Below, piece after piece: positions 59,801-64,000 of a DNA stretch of 64,000 bases (positions are counted from its first letter, which is position 1; each line of letters starts with the position of its first letter). Source of the DNA: Guillardia theta CCMP2712 (taxonomy: Eukaryota; Protista; Cryptophyta); contig NW_005434640.1 in NCBI RefSeq assembly GCF_000315625.1, forward strand, positions 476,452 through 540,451. Direction: 5' to 3'. Made by a program: the position numbers and the translations under genes. Below the pieces are notes generated by a model that saw only the letters and a program-made list of their open reading frames with translations, was not told the DNA's origin and did not search any database.

Positions 59801-62800
59801 CAACAGGTCAAGAAGGCCCTCCAGCATTGTGTAAAAGTGTTGCCTTGCCAACAGTGTGTGACAATTCAGCAGCAAGTTGCAAAGTAAGATGGCCGATGAC
59901 AGATGTTTCTCGCCGATCGCAAGGGCTTGAACTCTGAAACCCCAGCTCTGTTCCGAGTCTTCTGTCGGGGCTGTGCTGGTGCTGTTAGAAGTAGTACTGC
60001 TTGATAGCGTCATCCATACAGGTGACGGGAGGATAAGCGGCATGAATGCCTTCCTCCTATCGTCCGACGTCGCAGTTGCTATCAAATCAGTGCAAGCAGC
60101 ATCGCTGTAAAACTTCATCGCTTCATGATTCAGCAGAGAACATCGCGCGTCAAACACCACATACAACCATGAAACTCCCTCGATGTAAAAATGTCGAGCA
60201 CCGGCTGAGCCAGCGGTTGCCTGGCTGCGGATGTAAGGGTGTTCCGAGCTTTCTTCAACACTCGAGAGCGTCGCCAGAGCATTCTTCAAGCTGGACTGGC
60301 ACTCGTCGACCAGGAAATCGATGATATTGGATTGAAGGTCCTCTCCGTCTTTTTGAAATACTGCTCCACCCACACCACCGTAGGTAAGGCTTAAGTTGGC
60401 GCCGTACCCAACAGGATTTGAAGTCAACTTCCTTCTCTTTTCCTTCAACGCAACATCAGATTCCTCTGGCAAATCCAGCATTTCCTTCCATTCGCTGTCC
60501 ATCCCAAGGTCGGCTCGATCACGTTTCTGCCTCTCTGAGCCCATGTGCCTCTCCGTAGAATCGTTGCTCTCGTTAGATTCGAAATCTTTCATTTCGCCCT
60601 GCAGAAGCATCTCGATCCTCCTCTGAAGGACGTCCGCAAAAGTCAAAGCATCCTTCTCCCTTCTGGCAGAGGTTGGGAAGATGAGGAACTTGTCCAAAGT
60701 CAAGAAACTGCTACCTACTGCTGCTGCATTGATCAGGTTCATTAGAGACGATCGGCCTCCAAAAGTTGCTTCGCTGAATGAGAAATTTGCTGGAAAGTTG
60801 GCCAACAGCAATCGGATACAACTCCTTGCATACATGCTGCATAATTTGTGATCCAGGTCCGCCAATGATCTCATCATTTCATGAGGAGTTGCTTCGTAAT
60901 CCAAGAAATTGCTGTAGCTTCTATTAACGCGATCCAAACAACTCGATGGGACAACAACAGAGTAAACTATAGACGATGTGCTATCGTAGCATAACAACTT
61001 AGCCATATTGACATCTGAAGATGATTTTTCTATTCCATCTACGAACATACAACGACCTATCAGCTTCCGATTGACACCGTACATGGCTTCACGAACATCA
61101 CTGACGTCAAGCTCCGACAAGATAACGAGCATTCCCGGTCGAAGACTCTCTTCGCGGGCCCTGTGGGAAGAACTGCTAGACGGGATTAGAACACTCCCTC
61201 CCCCCCGAGGCCTGCCCAGCAGAGTGATAGTTGGTGTGCTGAGGTACGCCCGTTCGTCGTAGATCCGGTCGTCATTATTTCCGAAAGCCCTCAGCTCATC
61301 CAGGACACTAGACGGGAATTCAGTGAAAGTGCTTCCAAATCCAGAGGTGCTTGAGCTGATGCCTAGCTCGCTTTCTATTGCAACGCTCTGGTTGGTATCT
61401 TCATAGAAACTGTAACAGTCGCAGAGCAAACACAAAGGAACTTCTGAATCATCTGTCGTGGAATTCAAATTGCCGCCCTCCCCACCCCCATCTGCAGCCT
61501 CTGAATACTCAGGGTGATCAGACAAGAAGCTCTCGCCATGTTCAAAGATCCAGTTCGCAGCTCTGTCCTGATTTCCGTTCTCCCTGTCCAGCGCATGTTG
61601 GCACAGTCTCAGAGGGCTGCCGGTGATTTCAGCAAGATTCGCCGCCGCGAGTTCCCTTGTCCGCCTTTGATCGTTCCTCAAGGGAGCTCGAGAATTTCGC
61701 ATGAACGACTCCATCGCTGGGATCATCCGCTGCGATCTTGGGGGATTTGAGGAGGGTGTCGAACCGACAGGCATCGAGCTGTCTGCGCTTCCTGCCATCC
61801 CTCCACCTCCTCCGGGACCCGAAGCTCGGGCGTTGGAAAGCAGGGTCAAAGGGGCTTTGTCCTTGCTTTCGCACAGCAGAGAAAGGATGCCTGCGCGCTT
61901 CACTTCGTGGGTGATCGGGTCAAGATGGTTGATATTCTTCACAGCAAAGTGAATGAGGTCGTCCAACACACCGTTGGCTAGAAGCTCTGTGTGATCAACG
62001 TCATTCTGGTTCAAAATGGTAGACAGGGACGAGAGGAGCCGGCTCTGGAATGACCTACACCACCTCTCGGCATTGCCCTCCTTCTCTCTCATCAACCGCA
62101 GGCAAGCAAACATATCCATGATGTTCTGGAGGGCCAGTTTCGCCTCGTTTTGGTCGCTTCCCAAGAGGAGCTGAAAGAGGGAATCGTTCTTCTGATTGAA
62201 AGAACAGGTCGAGCTCACAATCGGAAGAGTAATTGGAACCCAGTTTTGCAAGGATTTCGAGAAGATGACGTCTTCAGGCAGTACACACATCATACCCAGC
62301 AAATGGTCGCAGCGCACAACGATACCATATCTTGAGGGCACACGGCCAGCCGACCCGATCATCGGCAGCCTGATTCTCGAGCCAACTCGAATGCTGACAT
62401 CGGTTTCAGCACAGAAAAGCTCAACCGCTGCCATTCCTTTTGCCAAAATGGATTGATTGATACTAGAACTAGGAAGAGATCGCGATGAAAGGAGATGTTC
62501 CCTTGACAATTTCATCATTTCAAAGGCCATCCCTAGAATCAACTTCCGCAAAGAAGGATTCGCACAAATTCGCTTCATGAAATTCACCAATTCCATTGCG
62601 ACACTTAACTTTGCGTGCCCACTCCTCCACCTCCATGGCTTATTGTTCTCCGACTTGCTGGTTGTTCGCCCCCTGATCACAACTGTGAACGCTACTGACG
62701 ACTCCCATTGCAACGACAAAGATTGGCAATCGTCATATGATCCTTCATACAGAACACATTTCTGATTCGTCTGTAGCTGGTTTGACAACTCTGACGCCTC

Positions 62801-64000
62801 CTTCTTCAAAGATTCTTCATCCATATCTTTGAACTTGCTTGTCAACTTCAAAGCCTTTTGACAATCACACATGAATTTTTGAGCAGACGATGAATCCATC
62901 GACACGCCATGACTGTAGGGAAATGCCAAAGTAACCCACTGCGCATTCTTCAACTCATTGCTGTCTGTAGAGAAGTCAATAGGTGCCTGCGGACTCGAGG
63001 CTGACTTGTCGCTGTAGCTTTCCTCCCTTGTAGCGCCAAGAATCGTTCCAATATCTCGAAAGATTGTATCCAACAAATTTCCATGGTTCTGCAAATCGAA
63101 TAGCTGACGCACACTTGCCTCATTCTGACTCTGCATTGCATCACAGACATCGCTGCATCTGATGACATTGCTCAGGAGAACAAGAACAACTCTCTGAATC
63201 TGAGGACTTTCAGCAGTGATGGCCCACCGGCACAACACTGAGAAGAGTTCTGTATTTTGGAAAATCATTAAAGAGATGTATGACTTCCGATGGGCTAGTC
63301 CATGCAACCATGTCAGGGTCTTGAGCTGCAGCAAATCCTTTGATTCATTTGGCTTCAGAGCATCAATACTCTGAAATAAATTTTGTCCAAACGCAATGGC
63401 ATGACTCAGAAATGTATGAATGTCAGCTTGCAGCTCTGAATCGGAAGGATCAAGTTGTGCGCAACTGGAGGAGACATGAAACAGCACCGACATAGCTGCG
63501 TCACAAAGACCGGTCAGCGTATCTAGATCAACCCGATCCCCTTCAGTAGAAGTGAAGCATGGAAAGTGCTTCAAAGAAGGATCCAACATGAGTTGCGATA
63601 GCTTGGCCACGATCGAGTTTTCTATCATAAACTTGACATCTTCTGGTTCCAACTGGAGAGAGAAGAATGCACTTAGTACCAAATGCTTCAACGACGTATC
63701 AGTTCGATCCATGGGTCCTTCTCGGTCCAGCAGAAATTCAGCCAGATATCCAAATAACTTTGCCGATTCATCCCTTAGTTCGATCTTTGATGATTGATTG
63801 TACAAGTAGAGTGCATTTGTGATATGAAACCGTGGCACACTCCTTTGCAGATCTGGTGGGAATGGACCGGTTGTGAATGTAGATATCATGATCTGTTTCA
63901 CAGAGGTGAAAGATATCTGCTTCAACAGCCCTGACATCGTCTGGAGACGCATCTTGCGCCTTGCTATGACATTTCTATTTTCTTGTGCTGCCTCGATCAC
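56859..64000 (-). CDS. Giant HECT-type E3 ubiquitin ligase (5' end outside window) with UBA, CUB-like and PA domains
   Basis: [65 protein letters not shown] and catalytic LPEAETCFF. UBA-like CQHAL..NGNQDRAANWIFEH; ESSEHPY..VVFDARC; PA motif KGNIALIERGG..AQEAGAVAVIMAD. Confidence 0.95.

Noticed and set aside
1-64000. tRNA/rRNA genes, operons, prokaryotic defence systems or a metabolic gene cluster
   Set aside because: No cloverleaf or rRNA signature was recognised by eye. The lipid-related genes are dispersed among unrelated housekeeping genes.

Overview
Compact, GC-rich eukaryotic nuclear DNA with about 20 closely packed genes. Most introns are short (44-70 bp GT-AG, two GC-AG), some are long polypurine/polypyrimidine tracts, and there are two assembly gaps. 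Intron size, low-complexity tracts and a signal peptide plus Phe-type plastid presequence suggest a cryptophyte-like alga with a secondary red plastid (inference only). Recognisable genes: SlyD-type FKBP, oligopeptidase B, TPMT, Sct1/Gpt2-type GPAT, RPL30, a sulfotransferase, an A1 aspartic protease, a DUF676 lipase, bacterial-type RNase HII, a WD40 protein, glucosidase II alpha, a TTLL ligase, a DGAT2/TMEM68-like acyltransferase, a divergent aquaporin and the 3' part of a giant HECT E3. There is also a scrambled RLE-type non-LTR retrotransposon remnant and a head-to-head duplicated orphan gene. Best leads: (1) the pepsin-family protease at 23532-25241 appears naturally circularly permuted, with its normally N-terminal IGTPPQ...FDTGSS catalytic segment at the C-terminus; (2) a recurring intergenic module of oriented GGGTAGGG/CCCTACCC blocks, AT-rich cores with paired TGGTACAA sites and hairpin-dense GC islands; (3) a PA domain inserted at the start of the HECT region. 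All gene models were spliced by eye and no searches were run.
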